Counted from the first letter of the whole stretch, positions 24,643 through 37,646 are shown. The stretch: DNA of 63,408 nucleotides, filler included, from Reticulomyxa filosa (GCA_000512085.1; 19 parts of 19 records of this genome joined end to end with filler, not necessarily neighbours in it); one strand, 5' to 3'. Notes: generated from the sequence alone by a model not told the origin. Numbers and translations: made by a program.

Positions 24643-25412
24643 TACTTTTATGTACAGAGCCTTTTGTTTTTAGTTTTGTTTTGTTTTTTTTTTCTTATTG
24701 TTGTGTGTAATTTTTACAGACAAGACCTTTCCTTCCAACTTTTTTTTTTCTCCCTACCCTCAATTGTAAAATGATTGTGTAGCACAATGTTAATAACTAA
24801 CATTGTCAACAATCAATACAAGTGCTTCGGGGCTGTGATGTGTTAAACAAAATATTGTCAAAAAAACTATTGAAACTTGCTCTTCATTAGCACATAATTT
24901 GGAACACTTTTCACATAAATAAATAAACAATTACTTGAAATGATTTTTATATCATTTTTAAATTCTTCTGTTACATCTTGTTTAGATATAGACTATTTGT
25001 TGCTCTCTTATGAAATGTATATTCTTATTACAAAATTTGGGCGTTCTTTCATTTACACATAATCAGAAAGCTCGCGTCCCGCAATCGTTTGTGACAAATA
25101 CATATGCGGTAGTTTCATAGATAAATAGTCATGGTTGCTATCAAATATATCCTGTTTTATAATCTTTTCACATTAAATACAAATCCGTCATAAAAACAAA
25201 ATCTAACTTTAAAATATTACGAATTAATATCTAAATTTTATACTTGAATATTTTATTCTTATTTTTAGTAAGATTTTGAAAAAAAGTTTTGATACACTAA
25301 AAGAAAACAGCAAAGCAACACAGAAGAGTGAGGGGGACGAAACTAGTAAAAGTGTATTTAGAAAAAAGTTAGTCAACCCCATTAAAGTGAGCGTTTAAAA
25401 TCAAGAACAAAT

Positions 25413-26245
25413 ATGGCATTGTCAAGACAATGCATGAGATATTTTTTTGAATCAAGGTTAAAAACCTTCAGCTTGCCGATTGTTTCGTCTCCATGCTTCT
25501 CATGGAGCAACCGTACTTTTGCGCAAATAAAAAAGCGAGAAGCAAAAAAAGCGCGAAAAGCAGCACAGGAGATCCGTGAACTGCAAATGGCAAAAGATCC
25601 ATCAGGACTTTTGGCGAAGACACTGGCATCACAAGAACAATTTTATGCCGAGCAAGGGCAACTAGAAGACAGTGTGATAAACAAAGAAGGGCAAGAAATA
25701 GAAAAAGAAAATTTAGTGGATATGACAAGTACAGAGACAACAGAAACAACAACGACACAAGGATTTAAATATAACTATGATCCAATGGCAGGTCAAGACT
25801 TAATATAATTTTAACAGTATATTTATTCATTTATCGATTCTATTTTTGGTATTTTGCTTGAAAAACGAAAGAAGAACAAAAAAAAATAGCATATCCTGTA
25901 AGAGAGACGATGACGCTGGACACGGTATTTTATAAATACAAAACTCCAGATGGAATAACGCATATCAGAGAAGGTCCAAAGGCACGTGTAAATTTCATTT
26001 TACAAAACCTCACTGCAGATGAGATCTTGAAACTTTTGAAAAAACCAAATCTTTACAAAATCTTTCCCTCTCAATTTTTAAAGATGACTTATAGAGAAAT
26101 TCATGACCAATCTTATAGTGAGTTTGTACATGGCGATAGAACTCGTGCCAAATTGCTTCGGTATTCTTTTAAATTACTTCAACATTGGTGGTTACAAATT
26201 AAAGGAAAACCACCATTGCATAGCCAAACCACTGGCCTCATTTGA
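25413..26245 (+). CDS. Putative mitochondrial-targeted hypothetical protein, 2 exons (~244 aa)
   Basis: Arg/Ser/Phe-rich, acid-poor presequence MALSRQCMRYFFESRLKTFSLPIVSSPCFSWSNRTFA; phase-1 intron ~25792-25889 joins the two ORFs in frame. Confidence 0.75.
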
Positions 26246-26973
26246 TTTTTGTTTACTTGTTTTTCTAGATAATTTGTTCTACCTTTCTTTTTCTTGCATT
26301 TCTCTCAAAATTATTATCCAAGTTGTTTTATTAAACAAAGGATTATATCAATTATTTCATTTCTTCCTCATCACTTTCCTTATGATAAAAGTTGATTCGT
26401 TCATATCAAACACTGTCAAAGATAAGATTGATAACGCAATCAAAAATTGTGCTTGAAAGACAGTTGCATTTTTTTTGAATGAAGAAGTATTTGCAATCAA
26501 CCACAAAAATATCTCTAAAATACAACAATTTTATTCAACACTTCTTCAAAAATTTTAAAATGATCTATGCATCCTAAGGAATCCAAAGAGATTTTTAATA
26601 AAAGTGTAGACAATCAAATACATTTTTGAATTCTCCAGGACGTAAAATGGTTCCATTTTAGAGATCTCTTTTTGAGGTCGATTACATATTATAGAACAAT
26701 GCGTGGGTCGAGATGAATATTGTGCACAGTAAGACGTTTTTTATTATCAATGATAATAAAATGGTAATTGAAAAAAAAATTATTTAAAGAATCAAATAAC
26801 AAGTAACCTGAATGATCTGTTTTTGAATTTGTTAGAAAAGAAACTTTTACATTTCCTTTTATGTGAAAATACAAATAATTAGAAAGAAAAAAGAACCAGA
26901 ATCAAATTCCAGTGAAAATGATGAAATTGCATTCGACTTTATGAACCATGGTTTTTGAAGAAAAAAAAGCTTC

Positions 26974-28328
26974 TCATTGTCGCACAGTGGATAGCTCCGT
27001 TTCTGATTCGTCTTCGATGATATGGTCGATAACCTGGTCACTACTTTGGATAAGAGTGCGTTGGGATGGATTACTATAAAGAGTTGAGTGAGACAAAGCG
27101 CCAGAAGCACGGGTTTGTGAAGGCAAAGGTAGCACGCCGATGGAATCTACAGCAGTGGATCTTAAATTGATAGGTTGAGGGGATGCAGCTTTACGATGAG
27201 AGCTTTCCAAAACTTCTCGCGAAGGTGGTCCCGAACAACAGAGAATGCACAGACAAAAGTATTCCAAATGTCCAAGAGTATGCGCATAAAAATTATCGGA
27301 AAATTTAAATAAGCACATAAGGGATAACGAAGTAATCATGGCATCAAATCCATAAAAGAAGCCCATTTGTCGCAAAAAATATGTTGTTCCCAAATACATT
27401 ATCATCAAACTGAAAATTGCTTTGACATCAAAAACATCCACATACACGGTACACAATATATTTTTTCTTTGTTTTATTATTTGCAAATGTACCTCTCCTA
27501 TTTGTACATACCTAAAAAAGAAAGAATAAGTGTCTTTCGAATAGCGAAAACTAATTGCGTATTTTGATCGACAGGATGAAGTATTCTGCGCTTCCATGTA
27601 GAAATGGTTTGCCTCGAAATGGATTGATGTGCACTTTTGCTTCTTCCATTTGCAGCTTCTGCCATAAGTGTGTATTGATATGCGTCCATAACTTTTTCGG
27701 CACTAACGGTGATTTGATACAGTTGATATGAATATAAAAAAGACAAAATGCTGCCCCAAATGATGTCATTATAAGCGGTCATTTCTAACACATGAAATAC
27801 AAAGTCTCTGTCTCTTCCAAATAATGGCCAACAAGATTGATAATCATGTGTTGCCACATGAGGTCTTAGATCAACTGACACTTCATAGATCCACAAGGAA
27901 TATAATGACAATGTGCATATTAATGTTGAAACACGACAGATATTGGTCACCAAGCCTCGTACGCGATACGCCGTTTCCTCAAATATGAATTCCAGTCTCC
28001 CAATTAACGACCAATACATAAACAGCTTTCCCAAATAAAAAAATAACATACTTGTGGGATAGACAAAGCGACAACTCCACAGTGTGATGGGAACATACAC
28101 GTCTGTCATACCCAATAAACCTATCACGCTAGATAAACATGAGCAACTCATACTTGCCAACACTGGAATTGATATTCGGTATTGGGAAAATATCTCCGGA
28201 TAGTTTCGAAAACCTTTGCAAGTCCATACTAATATTGCTGTTGAACATAACAAAGAAAACATAAACTCTATCGCCACTGCTAACAGCAGGCTATCTGTTG
28301 TTTGCATGTGGTAACGCTGTCCTGTCAT
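26974..28328 (-). CDS. Seven-transmembrane (GPCR-like) protein, 2 exons
   Basis: About seven hydrophobic segments; Cys at the start of TM3 (WSCRFVY) and in ECL2 (YQSCWP); RLEFIFEETAY after TM3; intron 27511-27420 joins ...LILSFL-A-IFSLMIMYLG... Confidence 0.8.
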
Positions 28329-28827
28329 TCTTGTAACTAAGAAAGAGTAATATAATTTCAATTAAATTTTTTTATTTCTCTATTAAGTAAATAAATAATG
28401 TTTTCAGCGTTTGGCATTGATTATGTTTCACAGACTGGCGAGCATGCTTTATGTATTGTTTTCTTTTGTTCCTGTAGTTCCCTTTGGTAGTGTTAATATA
28501 TTAACCCCACCTAAATTATCTCAAATTTTCTGCTTTGAGGATTTTTGAAGAAAGCAAAGCTTTGGTTGGTGAAGGGCCGATATATTAGAAACATTAGCAA
28601 TTACAAATGAGAGTAAACGACTTTCGGGATTACATCACGATGGTCTATACTAAAATATGAATTTGTCAGACATTGTTTTTGTTCCCTCTCAAAATACTTT
28701 TGTTTTGAAACAACTTTTTTATTATAATGCACACAATTTTTTTCCTTGAGAAAGCCAATTGCTTTCAACATTTAAAAAATGCAGATTTTCTTTTTTTTTT
28801 TGGAAACCAGAAAAAAAAAAGAAAATA

Positions 28828-30954
28828 TCAAAGTTTGTATCTTTGTTGATAGAATTGAATGATTTGACCAATTCTTGTCAAGCTGTTTTGCAATTTAAGA
28901 ATACTTTTATATTGAGTGGTCAACTCAGGTGTGAAGTCGCTGAAGCGAAAGTCATCGACTCCACTTCTAATATCCGAGCCAACAAGGCTGGAGGGGTTTT
29001 GAGCGAGTATTTTAAGTTTATGTTCACGTTCGTTTCTAGAAAAAATGATATATTCTTTTGTTAACAAATTATTTAATTGTTGATATTCCTGTTGCAACAC
29101 GGTCAAGCCACTTTGAATGCGAGGTAACAACTTGGCATTTTTGCACAGGCTTGTGCAAATGTGTCGCAAACAAAAGTTTGCATGAATTGTTTGCCTTCGG
29201 CGCTCTGGCGCCAGAGATCCAGCCATCCTTGCACTTTGCGTTCGAGCAGTTCAATTTGTAGTTCAGGTTCAGGGATATCCCAAACGCCGAAAGGAGCTTG
29301 CATAGGATGTTTCGTTTTGTAGTAGTTGTCAAGGAGATCAAAGATACCAGCAGGATCAGTGGCGTGAGGACGTTGATAGGCATTGAATCTGACAGGTAAC
29401 ATGTGTTGTTTAAAGTCGGCACTATTTTTGCGTCGTGTGGATGCAGAATGACGATTAATATAGCGACGAGAATTGTTGCGTTTCAAATCGTGTTCAGTGC
29501 CAAGACTGGTGGATATGCCAAGCGTATGCAGAACAAGCTTAAGTTCATATTCGTCCAAATGGGTTGGTTTGATGAGTTCCCTTTTCAAGGCCTCGACATA
29601 CATCAAGCCACGATACTTTGCGTCAAATATAGGCTGAATGCCGTCGCGAGTCAATTTCCTCAAACGCTTCTTGGGCTCTTCATCAATGGTTTCATTCAAA
29701 AATTTTAAGCCATCCAAGCGCGACAATGGGGTCATATTTTCCTTGGCTGTAATTTTTTCCCAAATCTGTTTCTTTACATTGGCTCGCTTGCCAAGTAGCT
29801 CATTTTCTTTTTGCTCCTTTTCATTGGCTTCCACAATCTCCTGCCATTGCGGCAACTTCTTCACCGTGTCCAACAGTCGATACAAGTGCTGCTCCTCGTT
29901 GCGCTTCGCATTGGTCTGCTTGTCCGTGTTGGCAAGCAGCGTCATGTCGTTCGACAATTCGCCATTTGCATACTGCTGCAGCGACGACTCGAACTGATAG
30001 TTCCAATTCTTCTCGTCCCAATTGTAATACTTTACGATAAAGTGCTTCAAAAATCTTCCTTCTTCCACCACATTTCTCCCTCTTTCGCGTTTGCGCACGA
30101 CCAGTCCTGCGGGTTTTTGCGATCATTCATCAATCGCAAGCTCTTCAGCGTCGGTGGCATTAGTGTGTACCACAGCTCGTAATACGGGTTCACAAATTGC
30201 AATGTCTGCGTGTCGTCGGAAAAGTTTAGCGGAAACAATGGGTCGCTTTCCGCGTTGCGTGAGGGGTTGGTTCCCGCGTTGCCTTTTGTTCGTTGGTCTT
30301 GTCCGATCCAAGAAAAATGTCTATCGGCTAATGGGTATCGAGTCCTTTTTTTTTTTTTTTTTCAATTTTAAAAAAAAAATAAATTTTTAGGGCCCTTTTT
30401 TTTTAATAAAATAAAAAAACAACTTACCATTCCACAGAGATGTTCAATTGCTCCATTTGCCATTGTATCCATGGGTTGATTTGCCCATGCTGGTACAGGA
30501 TTCTTTGCTTGCAGATCCACTTGAACACGGCGGTGTCCAGAGTGTCCCAGTCCTCTTTTTTGATGCTCTTGCGCGGAAAGTCGGGATGTCCGCCGTCGTG
30601 GTCAATGTACTTCTTTAGCTTCGACAGATTCAATGCGTCTTCATATGCAATTTGAAACTTTTTTGCAAATTGTACCAATTGCAATCGCAGTACTTCATCC
30701 GACTTATTTTTCTCTTCGATGTCCTTCTCCTCAATTTCGTCCGTTTCATCGGGGTATGCCATTATGTCAATCCTGGAAACAGGCTCGTCTTTCACTGGCG
30801 TTTGCGTGTACTTTGCATACAATGGGTCCACTTTCGTTGTTTGACTGGTCGCAAAGGCCCGAACACAGGAGCCGGTCTCGGCAAACAGTGAACGTGTGTA
30901 CAAAAAAACACGACAACGAAGATCTTTACTCAAAAAACGAAAAGGATGAGCCAT
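28828..30954 (-). CDS. Putative mitochondrial-targeted ~680-aa protein with helicase-associated (HA)-like domain
   Basis: Presequence MAHPFRFLSKDLRCRVFLYTRSLFAETGSCVRAFAT; exon 1 30954-30428, exon 2 30344-28828 with two single-base frameshifts; HA-like KLKKYIDHDGGHPDFP...VFKWICKQRILYQHGQINPWIQWQMEQLNISVEW. Confidence 0.75.
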
Positions 30955-31178
30955 TAATTAATCGATTTTTCTGAGTAAAAAAAAAACGCCCTTTGGCGTT
31001 CTGGTAGCTACAAAACGTAATGAAGAGAAAATTGGAATAATTTAGTACAGAAGTTAACAATTTGAAAAAAAAATAATAAACAGCTGCAGTTATTTCAGTA
31101 TTAAAAAAATATATAGTTTTTTTGGTCAGGATTTAAGTAAACTTGAGAGAAGGCTTTTATTGCAAGACATATTTTGTA

Positions 31179-31634
31179 ATGTCCTTTGAGCCAACTTCGA
31201 ATGAGGGAGAAGAAGAGGAAGAAAAAGTAGCCTCTCCCACGACATATGCGAATATTCAAAGCTTACTTCATCGCTCAAACCTCAGCGAAACAGAAAAGTC
31301 TGCAATAATGGAAACGTTCCTGCAACTGCAGAAAAAGACTGTTGACAAAGTGGTGATATCGACGGAGGAAAATAATAGCATCCAACGCTTAGAAGAAGTG
31401 ATGGAGCAAGTGAAAAAAAAAGAGAGTGAAATCAAGAAATTGACAGAAAAGATAACGCAAGGAGGTGACCAATGCAAAAGGACAGTAGACAAAAGAATGG
31501 ACCAATTGATACAAATGATTCAAATGAAACGACGCGAGTTAATGACAAGTGTCGACAAAATTGTAGCGCAACAAATGCACACAATACAAACGCACGTCCA
31601 TTCGATTAAACAGCTTTATGCACAATTGAAATTA
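31179..31634 (+). CDS. Coiled-coil protein (B-box C-terminal coiled-coil-like), first exon only
   Basis: Heptad-rich IQRLEEVMEQVKKKESEIKKLTEKI...CKRTVDKRMDQLIQMIQMKRRELMTSVDKI; GT donor then T-rich intron to the contig end. Confidence 0.7.
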
Positions 31635-31828
31635 GTTTTGCTTTTTTTATTTTTTTTTGGTGTGTATAAAAGTATTTTCATCATCGACAGAGAAAAGGGA
31701 CTCCATCTTCCTCAAAAAAAAAAAAAAANNNNNNNNNNNNNNNNNNNNNNNNNNNNNNNNNNNNNNNNNNNNTTAATTAATTAANNNNNNNNNNNNNNNN
31801 NNNNNNNNNNNNNNNNNNNNNNNNNNNN

Positions 31829-33940
31829 GTCTTGTGCTCGATCGCAATGCTGATTATTTTCTAACAACGTTCATGTCATTTTCTTCAATCGTCTTCCATT
31901 TCTTCGCAGTCCAGTCACTGCCGCCGTTGCTACACTATAATGTCCACATTGTTTTCACTTTCTTTTTTTTTTTTTCTTCTTGGCTGGCTTGCGTTTATAT
32001 TTGGCGGCATCAAGGTCTAGATTGTCTGTGATTGATCTGGAAGAGAATGTTGCCAATTGTCCCAACTCCATATGGCGATGTTTTCCAACTACGAGTCCAT
32101 CTGCTCTCGCCGCTGTTGTGATGAGCACAATTTGGTCTGGTCGAATTGACGTGAGGATTTGCAATGATAGAGTATACCATTTGTATATTCTATTTTACTA
32201 TTAGACGTATTCGTTGTCTCTATTTTTTCTTGCTACTCAATACGTCGTCCGTAGTTCATAGTCGACCCCCGGATGCAGTTCGTCAAAGATAATATACGCT
32301 TGCTCAGCATGCAAATCTTGCAACGATGGAGTCAAAAGCAGCAAGCTCTCTCTATATCTTTCTTCAACAACCAATAATGTTCAATGTCGCCCGCGAGCTC
32401 ACAATCTATCATCAGTATACTAATGATTAAAATGCAAGTTGCGGATATGCGCATGCACGCGACCAATCTCGGACCATTTCCATAATGAGCAAGTTTCTCC
32501 TGTTCATTGACGCCAGTAGATCGCATTTCGACGCCATCTTTGGTGCTATGCCACGCCAAAAGTTATTCGTAGACTTGATAGTGCTGCCATTTCCAGACAT
32601 TGCAATACTCCTTTAGTACTTTTCATTGGCGCGCGATATGTGAAGTCTGTCCACGCCCGCAAGTGGCGAATTTGCGCGTTTTTGGATATGAAGAACAGTT
32701 TCATAACAAAATTCAACTAAGCCGACCTACTGGTTGCTCTTTTGTTTCTTTCAAACAAATCCAATTCGATACGAACTTGACATCCCTTTTCTTCTCTTCA
32801 TTCTCCTTATACTCATTTTCATCACCTTTCTATTTTTACTTGCTGGTGTTCTGTCGTGAGTTTCGCAAAACTTTTCCATCGAATTGAACCACTATTACAT
32901 GGAACAGTTCTCCCGACATAGTGGTTTTCTCGATCGCAACGTTGACTATTTTCTTACAGCATCCGCGTTCTCTTCTTCCTCTTTTTTCTTCTTTCATTTG
33001 TTGAATTTCGACATTCTCTTTGATGCTGTGTCTCTCCAACAATTATCCGCAGAGATTTGTACGCCAATGTTGATGGCAAACGTTCTTTCCAGTGATTCGA
33101 GCTGCTACTGCTTGAAATTGCCGCATTTTCACTTTCCATTGAGGCACGATATGTGAAGATAGTCTACGTACGTGATCGTCGAGTTTGGCGACGGAATTAT
33201 TATTGTCCGGAAATGCGCAATTGAATAAAACCGGCTGCTGAATGGTTTTTTTAAAAACAAATCTAACACGATACGAACTTAACATAATTTTTATTTTCTT
33301 CATCTTCCGCCTCTTATTTCCTGTTATCTTGGCGCGAGTTTCGCAAACTCTTCTATCGATTGGGCCATTTTCACATGGACCAATTCTCACGATCTTGTCG
33401 CTTGCTCTATCGCCATCAACGAGTATTTCCTGCAACTTTCACGATATTTTCTTCCTCGTCTTCAACTTCTTCGTTCAACTAGTTATTTTTTTTCTTTTAA
33501 ATACATCCAACGCGATACGGACTTGTACTCCTTTTTTCTCTTTATTCTCATTGTTATCATCTTTCTTTCTTGCGTGCTGGTGTCTTGACGCGAATTTTGC
33601 CAACTGCTCTTGAACACTCTTCAGCAAACTCAAGACATGCGAACCTTGCAACGATTACGTCAAAAAACGCAACAACTTTTTCTATTTCACATATCGCGCA
33701 CCAATTGACCAACGAGAAGGTGAGACCGATCGCTCATTCAAACGTATACATGCGCGATTCGCAACTTTGGAACTTGTTGTTATTGTGTCGATTGTAGGTA
33801 GCGCGGACGACATTGAGCATTGATAAGTAGATGTATAGAGAAATCAGTCCATTGTCGAGAACGCGCAAATCGGCCACTCGCGTGCATGAAGAACTAAACA
33901 TTTTTAAATAAATCCAGCGCGGTTAGCCATCACAAAATCT
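31829..33940 (-). repeat. Degenerate dispersed repeat / decayed coding family (homolog at 53773-55627)
   Basis: Shared blocks, e.g. 31920-32040 with 54860-54980, 33350-33470 with 54725-54840, 32340-32690 with 54160-54560; also internal re-use (31837 vs 32929); many stops and indels. Confidence 0.75.
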
Positions 33941-34961
33941 TCGTTGTTTCTTCAATTCTTTTTTTTTTTTTTCTTTTTTGCTTTTTTTTTTTTTTTTCTA
34001 TTATTTTTATATCATTTTTTTCTCTTTTTTACTTTTTTCTATTGCTATCTTTTTTTTTCTTTTAAATTTTTCAACATTTTTTTTTTTCAATATTTTTCAT
34101 TATTTACTCATTTTTTTATTTTTCTTTATTTTTCAAAAAAAAATTTAAACACCCCCCTTTACAACATTATTTTCCCCATTTTCCCCCTTTACAACATTCT
34201 TTTCCCCTTTGCAACATTAATTTTACATTATTCCCACCATTTATTTCCCCCTTTTTCCATTTGATTTTTTCCCAAACTTTTTTTCGCAATTTTCCCCAAT
34301 TGCTTTTCCATATTTTTCCCTCTACATTTTCCATATTCCCAAAATAAAAAATACAAAATAAAAAAACTTCTAATTCTTTTGTGACACTTCAACCATATAA
34401 ACACAATCACAAATTGATATATATTTTTCATTTAAAAAAAACAAATAATAACTACATTTGCGTTGAGCTGACAGCTCCAATTCAAATCTAACAAACTATT
34501 TTTTTTTTGTTACGAAGAGAGGGGCAAGTAGAATTATTTTTTGGTGGGGGTATGCCTATTGACAACACACAAGCATTTGATTAAAAAAAAAATAAAAAAT
34601 AAAAAGATGCTAACTCTTTTATTTTTTTTGCAACATGGGGTGGCTTCAACCCCGAAATTTTCTTTGTTGGGAATTTGGAGTGGTACGTATACATTTTTTT
34701 TTTTGTACAGACGGGTTGCGGCTGTTAATCAAACAAACAGACAAAGTCAGTTATGTCAAAAAAAAAAAGAATAAATATATAACAAACCATTTTTACTCCT
34801 TACGGAGACGGGGGGCCTTACCCCATATACTTTTTTTTTTNNNNNNNNNNNNNNNNNNNNNNNNNNNNNNNNNNNNNNNNNNNNTTAATTAATTAANNNN
34901 NNNNNNNNNNNNNNNNNNNNNNNNNNNNNNNNNNNNNNNNAAAAGACAAAAAAACTCAACG

Positions 34962-35845
34962 GTCATGAGCAAAGTTGATATCGCGAATCTTTTGACCATC
35001 GCTCCTCCAAAAGTGCAGGTCTTTATGTGATCCAGTGACAATTTCGCCCGAAGATAGACAACAAACCTCCACACCATATTTGTGTCCCGACAAGGTCACC
35101 ACACAAACGCCTTCTTTCCAAATCTTTGCTGTTCTGAGTGTGTCATCGTCATTGTTATTTTCGTCGTTCCATTTGCAAGTGATACACATATACACCATAT
35201 ATTAGTATATCAATATATATATATATGTATATACATATATATATATATTGATATACTAATATATGGCATATAATGTTATCAGATATAAAGTGTGAAAAAA
35301 AGATAACCCGTCGAAAGAACCAGTAACAATCAAACCATCCACTGTAACATCAATGGAATTGATCGAATCACTATGTCCTTTCAACTCTTGCAACAGCTCT
35401 CCATTTTTATTCCAAATCAACGCTCGTCCGTCACTGCCACCACTTACAAATGCCTCACCCAAGTTTTCGTCTTGATATTGATACGCGATCATTACAAATG
35501 TCAATGGATGCAACAACACTGCTGTGTCTGGAGAAAATACTAGTCTTCCTTTGAAGTCAATCGATGTCGGCTTTTCTTTCTCCACTACTTTCGATTTGTC
35601 CGTCATCTCCACGTCTTCGTCTTTTTCATCTGTTGTGGTGGATGACGATGTTTGTACTTTCTCCTGCTCTTTTCCTATACGCTTCCATTCAATAAACTCT
35701 TGCTTTGTTCCTGCACTCATTATGCAGTCATCTCCGTTGGCTACCACACATCTTACTGGAGTGTCGTGCAATACCAATTGCGTCTTAGTTCGTATTCATT
35801 TGCGTTGGTTGTGGATTGTGCCTTTGTTATTGTTTGTCACTTCAT
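34962..35845 (-). CDS. PLAA: PLAA/Doa1/Ufd3-like WD40 protein, N-terminal part
   Basis: EYELR-TQLVLHDTPVRCV, FVSGGSDGRALIW, LKGHSDSINSI...IVTGSFDGTAKIWKEGVCVVTLSGHKYGVEV match the PLAA/Doa1 N-terminal propeller pattern. The start region has indels; the gene is cut by the contig end. Confidence 0.65.
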
Positions 35846-36144
35846 GTTTGTTTAGTATTATCATATTATTGTTGTTTTAGAGAAATTGTGAATTAAAAAC
35901 TAGAAAATACCATTTTTTTATTTTATTTTATTATTTTTTTCTCCAGTCTTTTTGACAGCAAGAAAATTAAGGGGCTACCAAGCACTAGTTCGCTCTTGTT
36001 GTGCCAATTTGCCACTGGTACCGTTTTGTATGACATTTTATAAAACATTTTACAAATTTTTCACGTTTCCAAAAGGAATTGTTGTTACACTGCGCTTGAC
36101 ACAGTTCCCCAACCGGACTTGTAAAAAAAACTAGTTTCAAAGAA

Positions 36145-37646
36145 ATGAGTCAGTGCAAAAATGTGTTCCTTCCTTTCAATTTAGATAATGTAATCTTGCC
36201 AAGTTTTGAAGAGATCCCCACAACTTTTTTTCCTTTCATCCGTCATGATGACGAGCTTCTGTGGACGACGTGCGAAGTTGAGTTTTTAACGGAACATTTA
36301 CATAAGTGTGTCCCTTTGGTCCGGGTGTAATATAAAGCAAAAAAAAGTGAGGGCAAAACAATAAACAAAAATTGGGTTGAGACGGACCAAAGAAATGCAA
36401 AACGGTAATCTTGGCATTGACATTATTTCCAATCCGTGTGGTAGGTGCCGTACTGTTATTTGTAATAGGTTGGATGTGTTGTGAATTGGCAGTATTGAAA
36501 ACAGGCCCAAAAAAATATGAGAGCGAGGAACAAACAGCCAGCCAAAACACAGAAAAAATGCAAATACGGATGACATCATTATGGAGTAAAATTTGGTATC
36601 AATGCTTTTTTGTTTGTTTGCGGTTATTTCTAATGTGTTGGGGTGTTTATTACGTGCCTATCCATCGCTTGACAACCGACAATTCGAAAATTAAAGCTTT
36701 TTACGCGCGTAGACAAAAACAAATTACCACCGAGGCAAATAGCAATTGTTATCCCATTGTGTCAAATCATTTGGGATATTTAGATATTTTGTATTGCCAG
36801 TACTTTTTTCAAGCTACTTTTGTGGCCAAAGCGGAGTTTCAGCAAATGCCAGTATTGGGTCGCATGTCAAATGCTCTTAAAACTCTTTTTGTTGTCAAAC
36901 GGTTCGTGCATACATATATTTTAATTGATGCAAAAGTGAGAATTAGAGAAAAAAATTAACAAATGTTTGCTTTTTTGTAATAAAAAAAATGTGGAAAAGT
37001 ACTGGCAAACAAAGTCTGAATTTTTTCTCTGTTCAAATGATAAAACAACAAAAGTGAAAAAAACGCTGAGGAGAACGATAATTCAGACAATGTGTCGTTT
37101 GCAGAGCAACTGCAACAACACGTGCAACTCACGTATGAAAGTCATCAAGACACTGCGTGCAATGGCTGCAGTCTTTGCCAATTTCCATTGGTGTGCTTCC
37201 CCGAAGGCACTACTACCAATGGTAAGTGCATGTTGCAATTTCGCCGGGGCATTTTCAATGCCGGCGTTCCAGTGCAACCAGTTGCAATTCGATTCAAATA
37301 CAAACACTTTAATCCTTCTTGGGAAAGCATTTATTTTACCCATCACACGTTTCGTTGCATGACGCAGCTGTACAATCACGTCGAAATGTATATATTACCG
37401 ACTGTCTTTCCTACAGAAGAAGAAAAAAATGATCCTTGTCTGTATGCTTGGAATGTGCAACAACTCATTCGCCAAGTGTTGGACTTGCCTATTTATATGT
37501 GTAATCGGGACATGAAAATTAAAGGATACCACGCCTATATGCTAAGAAAACTTACCTTGTCTGAAGCTCTCCAATCCGCTAAAAAACTGTTCGATGAAGA
37601 TTCGTTGTTTCAAAACATTTTGTCTAAGATGACTAGTTGCAAATAA
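36145..37646 (+). CDS. Lysophospholipid acyltransferase (LPCAT/LPEAT-like, PlsC domain), 3 exons
   Basis: SNHLGYLD (HxxxxD), FVAK, FPEGTTTNG, FRRGIF...PVQPV motifs; N-terminal TM LFPIRVVGAVLLFVIGW. Confidence 0.92.

Noticed and set aside
33944-34440. Poly-Phe ORF and TTTTCCCC-like repeats as telomere or membrane protein
   Set aside because: G-depleted irregular sequence following a long T-run; not a regular telomeric repeat; looks like low-quality or low-complexity sequence.
34962-37646. PLAA next to LPCAT as a functional Lands-cycle cluster
   Set aside because: PLAA/Doa1 is mainly a p97/ubiquitin cofactor; adjacency in a compact genome is most likely chance without synteny evidence.
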